DNA of 64,000 nt, from NCBI GenBank assembly GCA_963681965.1, contig OY820579.1:800001-864000 (forward strand), read 5' to 3'. Below the pieces are notes generated by a model. The model was not told the DNA's origin, did not search any database, and worked only from the letters and a program-made list of their open reading frames with translations. The position numbers and the translations under genes are program-made. Positions 39,841 through 49,553 of the stretch are shown here, piece after piece; the stretch's first letter is position 1, and every line of letters starts with the position of its first letter. This DNA comes from a bacterium (GTDB lineage: Bacteria; Electryoneota; JAOADG01).

Positions 39841-40872
39841 ATGAACATAGCACTCTTAACCAGTGTCATCACTCCGATAACCGCTGTAGATCGGATCAGT
39901 CGGCAACGCCCCGATGTCGATTCGCGCTCGCCCGAAGATTCAAAGTCGATCGGTTCGCAATCCTCCGAAGTTAAACCCGATCAAGTATCGCTTTCCAATA
40001 ATGCCATTGTCCGTGCACAGGGTAGTTCATCTTACCCGGACCACAACCAAACACCCGATCGAACACCCGACAAAAAACCACCAAAGGAACTCTCTTCCGA
40101 AGATCGCGATGCCATTCAAAAAATGAAGCAACGCGATTCGCATGTTCGCGCACATGAAGCTGCTCACCTCGCTGCTGCCGGGAAACTGGCAACTGGTGGC
40201 GCGCAGTACACATATCAAAAAGGTCCCGATGGACAGCAGTACGCGAGTGGTGGAGAAGTGTCAATTGCGGTATCGGAAGGAGATACACCCGAAGAACGGT
40301 TGCAGAGTGCCGAACAGGCGCGTCGTGCGGCATTAGCACCATCGGATCCATCGCCACAGGATCGGTCGGTAGCCAGTGAAGCGACCAGCAATGCGATGCA
40401 AGCGCAGCGGGATATCGCAGAAAAAGCGACTGCAGTCAAAATTCGGGTTGGATCCGATCCAAAAACTGAGAATCATCAGACAAGACAAAAACCCGATTCA
40501 ACGCAACCATCTGATGAGACAAGAACTGAATCGAGCGATATTGTCAATCGCATATTTTCCCGCGAAACGACCGAAGAAAACCGAACGGTTAGTAAGTCTA
40601 ATTCAAGCGGATCGAAGCCATCCGAGGGTGTTACCTTCGAAGCGTATATTGTCGATGCGTCGGGTCGAGTAAGTCCGGCACCTCATCCCGAACAAAGTAT
40701 TGCTCAACCGATTTCTTCTGCTGAATCAAATGTTGTACCGAATAATTCCGCTGTAGTCTCGCCCATCACCGTCACTCCGAAAGAAGCATCGAATATTGCA
40801 CAAGCCTATAGCAATCATTCGATCATCACGGATAGTATCACAAAACGGCTCACGATCGATCTGTTTGCTTAA
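39841..40872 (+). CDS. SprA-related family protein (putative metalloprotease CJM1_0395-like)
   Basis: RDSHVRAHEAAH..GG..YTYQKGPDGQQYASGGEV..RRAALAPSDPSPQDRSVA. Confidence 0.88.
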   Translation: MNIALLTSVITPITAVDRISRQRPDVDSRSPEDSKSIGSQSSEVKPDQVSLSNNAIVRAQGSSSYPDHNQTPDRTPDKKPPKELSSEDRDAIQKMKQRDSHVRAHEAAHLAAAGKLATGGAQYTYQKGPDGQQYASGGEVSIAVSEGDTPEERLQSAEQARRAALAPSDPSPQDRSVASEATSNAMQAQRDIAEKATAVKIRVGSDPKTENHQTRQKPDSTQPSDETRTESSDIVNRIFSRETTEENRTVSKSNSSGSKPSEGVTFEAYIVDASGRVSPAPHPEQSIAQPISSAESNVVPNNSAVVSPITVTPKEASNIAQAYSNHSIITDSITKRLTIDLFA

Positions 40873-40879
40873 AAAATTC

Positions 40880-41512
40880 TTAGCTGGCTGCCGCTTCGAT
40901 TGCCGCGAGCATTGCTCTCTGATCGGTGAGAATTTTTTGCAATACGGGATCTACTGGTAGAATTTCCTTCAATCGTTGTTTGTTCCGTTTTCGCTCGTCG
41001 CGATCGAAGATGACGTAATGCATATTGGCGATCAGTGCAAACTGAAGCAATACACTTGACTCGTCACTACAACTGGCAAAATTGAGAACGATACTGCGTA
41101 GTGCTTCTTTGGGGTTTTCCTTCTCACCGGTTGGTGTCGGGAAATAAACATTGCGGGAGAAAAAAAACAGAAACTTTTCTTTGGACTGAGAGAGATAACC
41201 ATTTGCAATAAGACGATCGCGATAAGAATGATACCATTGAGGAGAGCTACTGTAGCTATGTTCCAGAATTTGATAAATTTTGCCCGGTTTCTTTCGCTGG
41301 TTGATGCCGGTAAGCAACTGGTCCAATAGATTGTCGCCGGTGAAAGAAGTTGTATGTGCAATTAGTTTGTTGTCGACGAGCGCGAGTTGCTTGCGAAGAA
41401 CCAATTCACACAACATAATTGCCGCGGTGTTAATGCTCACACCAGAACAAAAATGCCCTCGATCGCCGAGCAAAAGTATAATGTACTTCTCAGGTAGCGT
41501 TAACACATTCAC
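40880..41512 (-). CDS. GPP34 (GOLPH3/Vps74-like) family protein
   Basis: LTLPEKYIILLL..AAIMLCELVLR..L..TGDNLLDQLL..RLIANGYL..KFLFFF..YFP. Confidence 0.7.
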   Translation of the reverse strand: MNVLTLPEKYIILLLGDRGHFCSGVSINTAAIMLCELVLRKQLALVDNKLIAHTTSFTGDNLLDQLLTGINQRKKPGKIYQILEHSYSSSPQWYHSYRDRLIANGYLSQSKEKFLFFFSRNVYFPTPTGEKENPKEALRSIVLNFASCSDESSVLLQFALIANMHYVIFDRDERKRNKQRLKEILPVDPVLQKILTDQRAMLAAIEAAAS

Positions 41513-41525
41513 ACCTCGTTCGTTG

Positions 41526-42281
41526 TTACAGCGATAGTTTCCACTCCTCCAGTGTCTTCATCAACGGATAATCGGTCAAATCGAGTTGAAGCGGGGTAAT
41601 GCTAATCCAACCACTCTCGACAATCGTCTCGTCGACATCGTCCGGCTCATCCACCACAAGTTTCTCCGCACCCATCCAGTAATATGTGCGTCCGCGTGGA
41701 TCGACCCGTTTATCGAACAACTCTTCGAACCGCGCTCGTCCTTGCCGACCAACCTTCACCCCTTTGATTTCATGTTCGGGTAGTGCCGGAACGTTGATGT
41801 TCAGTAGAGTAAACGGAGGGAGTGGTCGCGATAGTAACTGTTTGGCAGCAATCAAAGCGAATTTCGCAGCAACCGAAAAATCTTTCGATCGATAACTATT
41901 CAATGAGATTGCAATTGCGGGAAATCCACTGATAGCCCCTTCCGATGCGCCGGAAACCGTGCCGGAATAAATTACATTAAGACCGGTATTGCTACCTTGA
42001 TTGACGCCCGACAGGATAATATCGGGTTTCTCGGTAACGACTTCCTTGAGTGCCATCTTGACGCAATCGGCAGGAGTACCGGTGACCGACCACCCCTTCA
42101 TCCCGTTGCGTTCGTACGACTCGATCCGGAGCGAATCGCTGATCGTGATCGCGTGACCGATTGCCGACATTTCGCGAGATGGTGCCACCACCGTTACTTC
42201 GCCGTATTTACACGCTTCCTGCCAGAGTGCGTAAATTCCCGGGGCATGAATACTATCGTCGTTCGTTAATAAGATTTTCAT
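41526..42281 (-). CDS. surE: 5'/3'-nucleotidase SurE
   Basis: ILLTNDD, GTPADCV, SGVNQGSN, YSGTV, NINVP, DPRGRTYYW, ISITPL. Confidence 0.96.
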   Translation of the reverse strand: MKILLTNDDSIHAPGIYALWQEACKYGEVTVVAPSREMSAIGHAITISDSLRIESYERNGMKGWSVTGTPADCVKMALKEVVTEKPDIILSGVNQGSNTGLNVIYSGTVSGASEGAISGFPAIAISLNSYRSKDFSVAAKFALIAAKQLLSRPLPPFTLLNINVPALPEHEIKGVKVGRQGRARFEELFDKRVDPRGRTYYWMGAEKLVVDEPDDVDETIVESGWISITPLQLDLTDYPLMKTLEEWKLSL

Positions 42282-42310
42282 TATCACTCGATTTACTTAA
42301 AATGTCTTGC

Positions 42311-43801
42311 CTACTGCGCTTGATTACGAAAAGTGCGAATACCATCGTACAGAGCTTGGGCAAATTTCTCTCGATAGTCCTGATCGCGTAAAATCTTTGC
42401 GTCGCGTTTGTTCGAGATAAAGGCGCATTCAAACAGAATTGCCGGCATACTGGCGCCGACTAATACATAAAAGCCCGCTTGATCGACGCCACGATCGGAG
42501 ATTCCGATTCGCTTGACTGCCTCTTTCTGTACCAGATCTGCCAATTGCTGTGATTCTTTTAAAAATTGCGCCTGAGCCATCGCGAGCACGATCATTTTTT
42601 CGTTGCTCATTTTCTCGTAAGCCTTTTGATCGGTTTCGAGATTGACGACTTCATTTTCAAATTTGGCGACTTCCAGTGCGCGCGGTGTTTTAGCGGGTGA
42701 GAGAAAATAGGTTTCAATACCGCTGCCGTCTTTATCGCGCGCCGCATTGATGTGAATTGAAACGAATAATTTGCCGTTTGCACGATTGGCGATCTTGCCG
42801 CGATCCTGTAACGTAACAAAACTATCGCTGCTTCGTGTCAATACTATGCGCAGACCACTCTCTTTTCGAAGCAAATTAGCCAATCGTTGTACGATGTCGA
42901 GCGTCAGCTCTTTCTCGAACATCCCGTTCCCTTTGGCACCGGGATCGTGTCCGCCATGTCCGGCATCGAGTACGATGCAATCGATCTGCCACCGTTTTTT
43001 CGCCGCATCGATCTTAGTCGTATTCGCTTCTTTTAAGTTGGTCGAGGGCACTGTTGCCGATGCCGTAGTCTTTGGTGGTGCGGGCGTTGTTGGTTTCGCC
43101 AACTCGATCAGTTTAATACGCCATGAGCGCGGTGATAGCGAATCGATCGATTGAATCTTGCGGGTAAATACAAACAGAACTTGCGGTGGATCAAGCGAAA
43201 AATCCTTTTTTACGCGCCCCATCGAACTTGGTAAATTGACCGAAAAATTACTGTCTGCGACTTTCGCGCCGGATTCTTGAACGGCAAACGTTGTGTCGGA
43301 AGTGAATGTCGAGACGACCGGACCGGGTGGAAGTTGTAATGAAAGTACAACCGTACGCTCATTCTCGGATTGAACGTCGATACCGCGCCATTTCGCTTTT
43401 CCCGGTTTGACAGTTAGTGCCGGTGTATCGGCATCGAATTCGATTTCCTCGACCCCTTGCTCGGTCAATTTTTTTATCGACCATTCCAGTGGAGTCCAGT
43501 ATGCGCTGCCGACCCGCTCCACCGGAGTGGGCATTTGGAGGATTTTTGTGCCGCATTGTAACCACGGATTACCGATCCGGAACGACAATTTTTGCGGCAA
43601 CATGATCTGCAACCGGATTCCGTTGGAATCGGTGGTTGTTTCGATCGATAATGCCGCCGCCAGCGAGACGATATCGACTTGACGGATTGTCCCTTTGTTG
43701 CGTAACGGAATCAGATAAGAATCGCCGGCGCGGTTCACTTGAAGCGAGGATTCTGCCAGCACTGCCGAACAAAGTAGTAAGACAGCTAGTATTGAAATCA
43801 A
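42311..43801 (-). CDS. N-acetylmuramoyl-L-alanine amidase (Amidase_3)
   Basis: Signal peptide; LDAGHGGHDPGA, EK, LTR, FVSIHINA, GIETY, FYVL..MPAILFECAFISN. Confidence 0.93.
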   Translation of the reverse strand: MISILAVLLLCSAVLAESSLQVNRAGDSYLIPLRNKGTIRQVDIVSLAAALSIETTTDSNGIRLQIMLPQKLSFRIGNPWLQCGTKILQMPTPVERVGSAYWTPLEWSIKKLTEQGVEEIEFDADTPALTVKPGKAKWRGIDVQSENERTVVLSLQLPPGPVVSTFTSDTTFAVQESGAKVADSNFSVNLPSSMGRVKKDFSLDPPQVLFVFTRKIQSIDSLSPRSWRIKLIELAKPTTPAPPKTTASATVPSTNLKEANTTKIDAAKKRWQIDCIVLDAGHGGHDPGAKGNGMFEKELTLDIVQRLANLLRKESGLRIVLTRSSDSFVTLQDRGKIANRANGKLFVSIHINAARDKDGSGIETYFLSPAKTPRALEVAKFENEVVNLETDQKAYEKMSNEKMIVLAMAQAQFLKESQQLADLVQKEAVKRIGISDRGVDQAGFYVLVGASMPAILFECAFISNKRDAKILRDQDYREKFAQALYDGIRTFRNQAQ

Positions 43802-44865
43802 CCGAGCGATGAGAGACCTCCCGGTTTATAAGGATTAAATGTCCGCGGAGCGAGTACTTTCCGGTGTTTGACAACATCGTCTTCAATTTGCTTTCGGGTT
43901 GGCAAACCGGACTTAGCACCCAGTGTCGGGGAGCAAATCTTGATTGCACCTGCCGCGGCAGCCATTTGCATCGTTTTTACTGGATCGGCTCCTTCGAGTA
44001 ACCCCAGCAGGAAAAATGCCGCTGCCACATCGCCGGCACCGGTCGTGTTGACAATTCGCTCCTTCGGTAAAGGGACGGCGGGAATGGTAATCACCGAATC
44101 GTTTTCGATTCGCATAATTCCTTGACCACCGCGCGTGATGAATGTTTGCGGTGCGCCATGATCCTTCAGCCAGACAAAGCAATCGTCCAGTTTGTGACTA
44201 CCACAGAGCAATAATAATTCCTCGTCATTCATTGCCAACGCATCGGATTCGCTGATCCACTGCTGAATTTGTTCGGGATTGCGATGAACCATTGAAGCTG
44301 ATGGTGCAAGAAAGACTTTGACCGGATCTTCGGTTTTTCGTTGTTCGCGCAGATACTCGCGTACGGGTGGCAATGACGGGCTGGGAAGCGAGGTAACATC
44401 GACCCACTTCGCATTGGAAATAACGTCGCCTGCCCACTGGATATCGCGTACCGAGAGGTGCTCGCCGGTACCGTGATCGACGGAAATCGCGCGATCGCGA
44501 ACGCCACCGGCACCGGTAATGATAATCGAGACGCCCGGTAGATAGCCATGCTTTCGCACGACACCGGAAACATCGATACCGCGTCGTTCGAGATCGTCGA
44601 TCAAAATACTGGAGTATTGATCGGTGCCGACCACACAGACATATCCGAGTTTCAAACCACCCAGATTAGCCAGTGCTGCAAGCGAATTCGCCGAGGAACC
44701 GCCGGTGAAGTTTTGGATCCGTGATGGCGATTTCGAACCGGTTTCCAAACCGATGTAATTTTTTCGCAGCTCGGAGGTTTCAAGCGAAAAACTGACAATG
44801 TCTGGATTCACCAGAAAGATGTCGGTCACCGGTACGCCGATGCCGACGATGTCATACTTTTTCAT
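43798..44865 (-). CDS. PfkB-family carbohydrate/nucleoside kinase
   Basis: GGSSANS..VGTD, NDEE, ITRGGQG, NTTGAGD. Confidence 0.9.
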   Translation of the reverse strand: MKKYDIVGIGVPVTDIFLVNPDIVSFSLETSELRKNYIGLETGSKSPSRIQNFTGGSSANSLAALANLGGLKLGYVCVVGTDQYSSILIDDLERRGIDVSGVVRKHGYLPGVSIIITGAGGVRDRAISVDHGTGEHLSVRDIQWAGDVISNAKWVDVTSLPSPSLPPVREYLREQRKTEDPVKVFLAPSASMVHRNPEQIQQWISESDALAMNDEELLLLCGSHKLDDCFVWLKDHGAPQTFITRGGQGIMRIENDSVITIPAVPLPKERIVNTTGAGDVAAAFFLLGLLEGADPVKTMQMAAAAGAIKICSPTLGAKSGLPTRKQIEDDVVKHRKVLAPRTFNPYKPGGLSSLG

Positions 44866-44946
44866 TTCTTACCCCCGTAGTTATCGGCACTGTTCTGCCC
44901 AATTTGCCAGATTTAATAATAGAAAATGGAAACCAATTATCGGAAT

Positions 44947-45870
44947 TTACCCAGCAGTATTCGAACGATTTCCCTGCTGAATTAGCAAATACCGCTTCTT
45001 TAAAATGATTTGAATCGTGTCGATCACCGTAATAAATGCTTCAGATGCTGGAATTTCAAGAACTTCCGATCGACGAACGACCGGGTGAACAATGCGATTG
45101 CGAAAATCGGTAACATCGCGCAGCCGATCCAGAATTGCTGCAGAGAACTCTCCGAGCAACTCTTGAAGCATCTCCAGCTTAGCCTTCTTTTCGTTCATAC
45201 CCGGGCGACGACCGCGACTCCGGATATCCTGATAGGTTACCCCTAGTATCGACAATTGTTCGTCGTAAAAGAAATCTAGCGCAATCAGAAGGATTACGAC
45301 TGCGGCACGCTCTTCTTCTTTGCGGATCAGATCAACGGCGTTTTCCAGATAGATTAACCAGAGCGGTTTTTCGCCGGCAATCGTCATTTCCCCTAACGCG
45401 ATCCAGCGAATCCACATCCCGGCTGTCGGTTGAGTTCGATCAAAGACCCGAGTTAAAATTAAAAATTCGGTCGGTTTTACTGATATAGCGGTTGTGTACA
45501 AATTCTCGCGTAATAAATCGGGTACCGCACTTCCATTCCCTGTCAGAAACAGGACTTCGGGAACTCGGGCATACGCAGGATCGAAATAAATTTGATAGAT
45601 CTCGTTCGGTTCTACCCACAATTCGTTACCCATCGTACAACCGGGGACCAAGGGAATTGAAAGGTTGGCGTTGATAAATTGTTGCGCGCGGTTCTCAAAC
45701 AGCTTCAGATAGCCATCCAGATAGCGGAACGCTACTCCACAATGCGAACACTGAACCTGAATTAAGTAATCGTCGTCGTTTACTCCTTGCAGAGTATCGC
45801 AAGCCGGACATTTGGCATTACGGAGCGGAAACAACACATTACCGGTTATTTGTAGCGAATCATTGGACAC
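44947..45870 (-). CDS. Hypothetical protein: Zn-ribbon + beta-sandwich + HEPN-like helical domain
   Basis: CPAC..CSHC; FDPAYARVPEV...WIALG; helical C-terminus with RNRIVH (RxxxxH). Confidence 0.6.
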   Translation of the reverse strand: MSNDSLQITGNVLFPLRNAKCPACDTLQGVNDDDYLIQVQCSHCGVAFRYLDGYLKLFENRAQQFINANLSIPLVPGCTMGNELWVEPNEIYQIYFDPAYARVPEVLFLTGNGSAVPDLLRENLYTTAISVKPTEFLILTRVFDRTQPTAGMWIRWIALGEMTIAGEKPLWLIYLENAVDLIRKEEERAAVVILLIALDFFYDEQLSILGVTYQDIRSRGRRPGMNEKKAKLEMLQELLGEFSAAILDRLRDVTDFRNRIVHPVVRRSEVLEIPASEAFITVIDTIQIILKKRYLLIQQGNRSNTAG

Positions 45871-46022
45871 AATAAAATCACTTTCTCTTGTTCAGTAGTG
45901 CAAAATACAAAGATCGACGGTTTTTTTCTACTCATTTCGGGCAACGTAAATCATTCTCTGCAGAACCTTGAATGTACCGAATTAGCCCTTTTTTGTCGGA
46001 ATAACACCGGGAATTCCGGGGT

Positions 46023-46036
46023 TTGATAAAAATCAA
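46023..46036. promoter_or_regulatory. FNR/CRP-family box
   Basis: TTGAT-AAAA-ATCAA exact consensus, about 60 bp upstream of the 4Fe-4S membrane protein. Confidence 0.55.
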
Positions 46037-46095
46037 AAAAATTGTAACAAAAATCACGTAATTACTGCAAGACCGGATTGGTTTTGGAGTGTGGC

Positions 46096-47196
46096 ATGGA
46101 ATCGAATGAAAATACGATCGAAACTGTTGATCTAGTTGCAATGGCTCGAGCCAAAAAGCAGGCTGATTTCGCGTTGCGTCGGTGCGAAACGTGGGGTGGC
46201 AAACAGTTACGGCGTTTCAAGCTCCGAACGATCGTTCAACTTAGTATGATCATCCTCTGTTCGCTCCTTGCATTACAATTTTATCGGTTTGTCCATGCCG
46301 CGTTTACAACGACAACTGAAGCTTTACCGAGTAGACCTTCCGGTGTCGATGGTTTTCTTCCCATTACCGGACTTATGGGTACGGTTGATTGGATTGCACA
46401 AGGATCGCTGAATACAATTCATCCCGCTGCAACGATCTTACTGCTGACATTTATCCTGATCTCGATCATTTGGCGTAAAGCTTTTTGTTCGTGGTTGTGC
46501 CCGGTCGGTACGATTTCCGAGAATTTGGCGCTCTTGGGAAGAAAATTATTCGGTCGAAATTTGTTATTGTGGCATTGGCTTGACGTTGCGTTGCGAAGTC
46601 TGAAATATATTCTGCTTGCCTTCTTTGTTGGATCGATCTTTTATATGGGAATTGAGGGGAGCCACGCCTTTCTATACAGCGAATACAATCATGTTGCCGA
46701 CATTAAAATGGGGATGTTCTTTATTCGGCTCGGTGGATTAGGTTTGGGAGTAATCGCTTTTTTGTTGATTGGATCGATTTTTATCAATGGTTTGTGGTGC
46801 CGTTACCTCTGCCCTTACGGCGCGCTGCTCGGTCTGTTTTCATGGCTATCCCCGACAAAAGTGCAGCGGAGTGCGCCCGATTGCATCGATTGCGGGTTAT
46901 GTGACAACGCTTGTCCGGCGCGGTTACCAGTTATGTCGAAAGCGAAAATTATCTCGGTCGAGTGTACCGGATGTTTCGACTGTGTAGCTAGCTGCCCGGT
47001 ACCTGCAGCATTAAATGTGAAGACGTCTAACAAGAATCCAATTCCCATCAAGCAGATTGCAATTGCGATTACAGCGACATTTGTCGGAATCTGGTTATTG
47101 GCACAAGCATTCGGTGTTTGGAATAATTCGATTAGCGATGATCAATACCGGAAAATGATTCCCGAAATGGATCAATTCGGACACCCCGGGCGGTAA
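46096..47196 (+). CDS. Membrane 4Fe-4S binding protein (NapH/YccM-like)
   Basis: FCSWLCPVG, WCRYLCPYG, CIDCGLCDNACP, CTGCFDCVASCP; several TMs; GGAG RBS before ATG 46096. Confidence 0.9.
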   Translation: MESNENTIETVDLVAMARAKKQADFALRRCETWGGKQLRRFKLRTIVQLSMIILCSLLALQFYRFVHAAFTTTTEALPSRPSGVDGFLPITGLMGTVDWIAQGSLNTIHPAATILLLTFILISIIWRKAFCSWLCPVGTISENLALLGRKLFGRNLLLWHWLDVALRSLKYILLAFFVGSIFYMGIEGSHAFLYSEYNHVADIKMGMFFIRLGGLGLGVIAFLLIGSIFINGLWCRYLCPYGALLGLFSWLSPTKVQRSAPDCIDCGLCDNACPARLPVMSKAKIISVECTGCFDCVASCPVPAALNVKTSNKNPIPIKQIAIAITATFVGIWLLAQAFGVWNNSISDDQYRKMIPEMDQFGHPGR

Positions 47197-47310
47197 TATT
47201 CATGTAATTGAATTCGAGCGATACATATTATTAGTACCCGTTAGTCGGATCAGTGAATACTCACCGTTAAATATCGCAAATAGCTTCGATGCATTTGATC
47301 GTGAAGACAA

Positions 47311-47342
47311 CAAACAAGGCGTACCGACAGGTACGCCTTGTT
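47311..47342. terminator. Hairpin terminator between convergent genes
   Basis: AACAAGGCGTACC-GACA-GGTACGCCTTGTT. Confidence 0.65.
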
Positions 47343-47364
47343 CACTTTAAAAAAACTGCCGAGT

Positions 47365-48552
47365 CTATACGCGTTCGATCGCCAATGCAGTCGCTTCGCC
47401 ACCACCATTGCACAATCCGGCAATCCCCTTTTTCCCGTCATGTGCGAGTAACTGGTGAACCAGCGTTACGACAATACGTGCACCCGACGACCCAATCGGA
47501 TGACCCAGTGCCACCGCACCACCCCAGACATTGACTTTGTCCGGAGAGATACCCAAGAGCTGATTGTTGGCAATCGACACCACTGCGAATGCTTCGTTCA
47601 ATTCGAAAAAGTCGACATCGTCTTTCGACCAACCGACTTTTGTCAACAAGCGATTCACGGCACCAGCCGGTGCAGTCGTGAACCATTCCGGATCCTGCGA
47701 GTGAGTCGCCCAACCAGATATTTTCGCCAACACTTTCAGACCATGCTTAGCGGCATATTCCGAAGAAACGATCACTAATGCCGCGGCACCGTCGTCGAGT
47801 GAACTGGCATTTGCAGCGGTAATTGTCCCGTCCTTTTGGAAAGCGGGTTTCAAATCGCCGAATTTATCGAGTTTCGCTTTCTTCGGTTCATCATCTTCGG
47901 AAATTACGATCGGATCGCCCTTTTTCTGCGGGATTGTTATTGGAATTATTTCAGTAGCGAATTTACCGCTCTTCTGTGATTCCAGTGCACGGGTATACGA
48001 TGTTCGAGAAAATTCATCCTGCATTTCGCGAGTGATCGCTTTCTCACGCGCACAAGTTTCGGCACAATTTCCCATGTGTTTGTCGTTGTAGACATCCCAC
48101 AGACCGTCCTTAATGATGCCATCGACGACTTGTGCATGTCCATAACCGACACCGCCACGTGCCCAGTAAGTATAATGAGGCACATTCGACATCGATTCCA
48201 TACCACCAGCAACTACGACGTCGTACTCGCCACTCTCGATTTGCGCTGCCGCCAACATGACCGCTTTCAATCCCGACGAACAGACTTTGTTAACGGTCCA
48301 TGCACCGGCAGAAGTCGGAATGCCGGCAGCGATTGCCGCTTGCCGCGCTGGTGCCTGACCGGCGCCGGCTTGCAAGACCATTCCCATTACGACATCTTGT
48401 ACTTCGGATGCGGAGATACCCGCTCGTTCGATTGCGGCTTTGATTGCGATACCGCCCAATTGTGCCGCAGAAAACCCGGCTAGTGCCCCGCGATACGCGC
48501 AAATTGGCGTTCGTGCCGCTCCGACGATTACGGCAGTTGGATGATTGTGCAT
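47365..48552 (-). CDS. Acetyl-CoA C-acetyltransferase (thiolase)
   Basis: NKVCSSG, GGMESMS, NEAFA, GHPIGSSG, CNGGG. Confidence 0.96.
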   Translation of the reverse strand: MHNHPTAVIVGAARTPICAYRGALAGFSAAQLGGIAIKAAIERAGISASEVQDVVMGMVLQAGAGQAPARQAAIAAGIPTSAGAWTVNKVCSSGLKAVMLAAAQIESGEYDVVVAGGMESMSNVPHYTYWARGGVGYGHAQVVDGIIKDGLWDVYNDKHMGNCAETCAREKAITREMQDEFSRTSYTRALESQKSGKFATEIIPITIPQKKGDPIVISEDDEPKKAKLDKFGDLKPAFQKDGTITAANASSLDDGAAALVIVSSEYAAKHGLKVLAKISGWATHSQDPEWFTTAPAGAVNRLLTKVGWSKDDVDFFELNEAFAVVSIANNQLLGISPDKVNVWGGAVALGHPIGSSGARIVVTLVHQLLAHDGKKGIAGLCNGGGEATALAIERV

Positions 48553-48611
48553 TGTAATATTCCCCCAGAATAGATGATTGTTTAAACCAATGCTAGCTGT
48601 TACTTACACTT

Positions 48612-49553
48612 TTATTGAATCGCCTTACTCTTTTGTTCCGGATGAAACAGAAATTTCTGACCATCCCAACTTGCCCGCCCCGCCTTGATCCGTGGTGCAT
48701 GATCGAACAGCAACAACCAATTTTCTCGTGCCGCCCGCTGCAACAATTCCCGCTTGGCAAGCTTAACCTCCGCCGGATATTGATCGGCTTTCATGACCAG
48801 AGAAGGGTGGAGATGCGATGCCGTTGGAATCAGATCAGCCAGAAAACATGCCGATTCGCTATGCGATTGAATCAGTATCACGGCATGACCAAGCGTGTGT
48901 CCACCAGTGGTAATGATCGAAATGCCGGGCAATATTTCACTATCGCGATCCCATAACTCCAATTGATCTGTTTCCAGCAGCGGCAAGAAATTGATCGTTG
49001 GAAAATCCCGACGCTCGCGAGGAGACGGATCGCGCGCATACTCGAATTCACTGCGAGAAATATGATAGATCGCGTTCGGGAAGGTTGGTTCGAGCTGCTC
49101 GTCGCGATTGTAATGAGTATTGCCCCCGCAATGATCGAAGTGCAAATGAGAATTGATAACGTGGGTAACATCGCCCGGATGAAGATTCAGTTGGGCAAGA
49201 TTCGCTAATAATTTGCGTGGCAATTCAAACTCGTAGGATCGATCGCTAAATGTTTCCGGTTTATCCCCGATACCGGTATCGATTAGAATGTTGTCCGTAC
49301 CAGTTTGAATGAGCAATGTATTCAATCCCACGAGCGTTCGACCGGTAGACGCTTGAGCTGGAGTAGTTTTTTCGGATGATTGCTGGTCGGCGATTTGTTC
49401 CAATGTTCGGAACATCGCGCGACCAATGAGTTTCATTAACCCATCGGATATTAGATACAACTTGGTTGAACCGATCCGATATGGTCCATCGATAGCCGGT
49501 AGTGCTGGATACGTCGCCGCAGTGGGCGACGTCGTTGTGAATGTATCAACCAA
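48612..49553 (-). CDS. MBL-fold metallo-hydrolase (YtnP-like); start uncertain
   Basis: ILIDTGIG, SHLHFDHCGG, GGHTLGH, ADL, DH. The ORF extension to 49640 overlaps the upstream gene, so the start is placed at TTG 49553. Confidence 0.85.
   Translation of the reverse strand: MVDTFTTTSPTAATYPALPAIDGPYRIGSTKLYLISDGLMKLIGRAMFRTLEQIADQQSSEKTTPAQASTGRTLVGLNTLLIQTGTDNILIDTGIGDKPETFSDRSYEFELPRKLLANLAQLNLHPGDVTHVINSHLHFDHCGGNTHYNRDEQLEPTFPNAIYHISRSEFEYARDPSPRERRDFPTINFLPLLETDQLELWDRDSEILPGISIITTGGHTLGHAVILIQSHSESACFLADLIPTASHLHPSLVMKADQYPAEVKLAKRELLQRAARENWLLLFDHAPRIKAGRASWDGQKFLFHPEQKSKAIQ

Noticed and set aside
46042-46059. Rex-like operator TTGTAAC-AAAA-ATCACGT
   Set aside because: Only 9 of 14 consensus positions match, in an AT-rich context.
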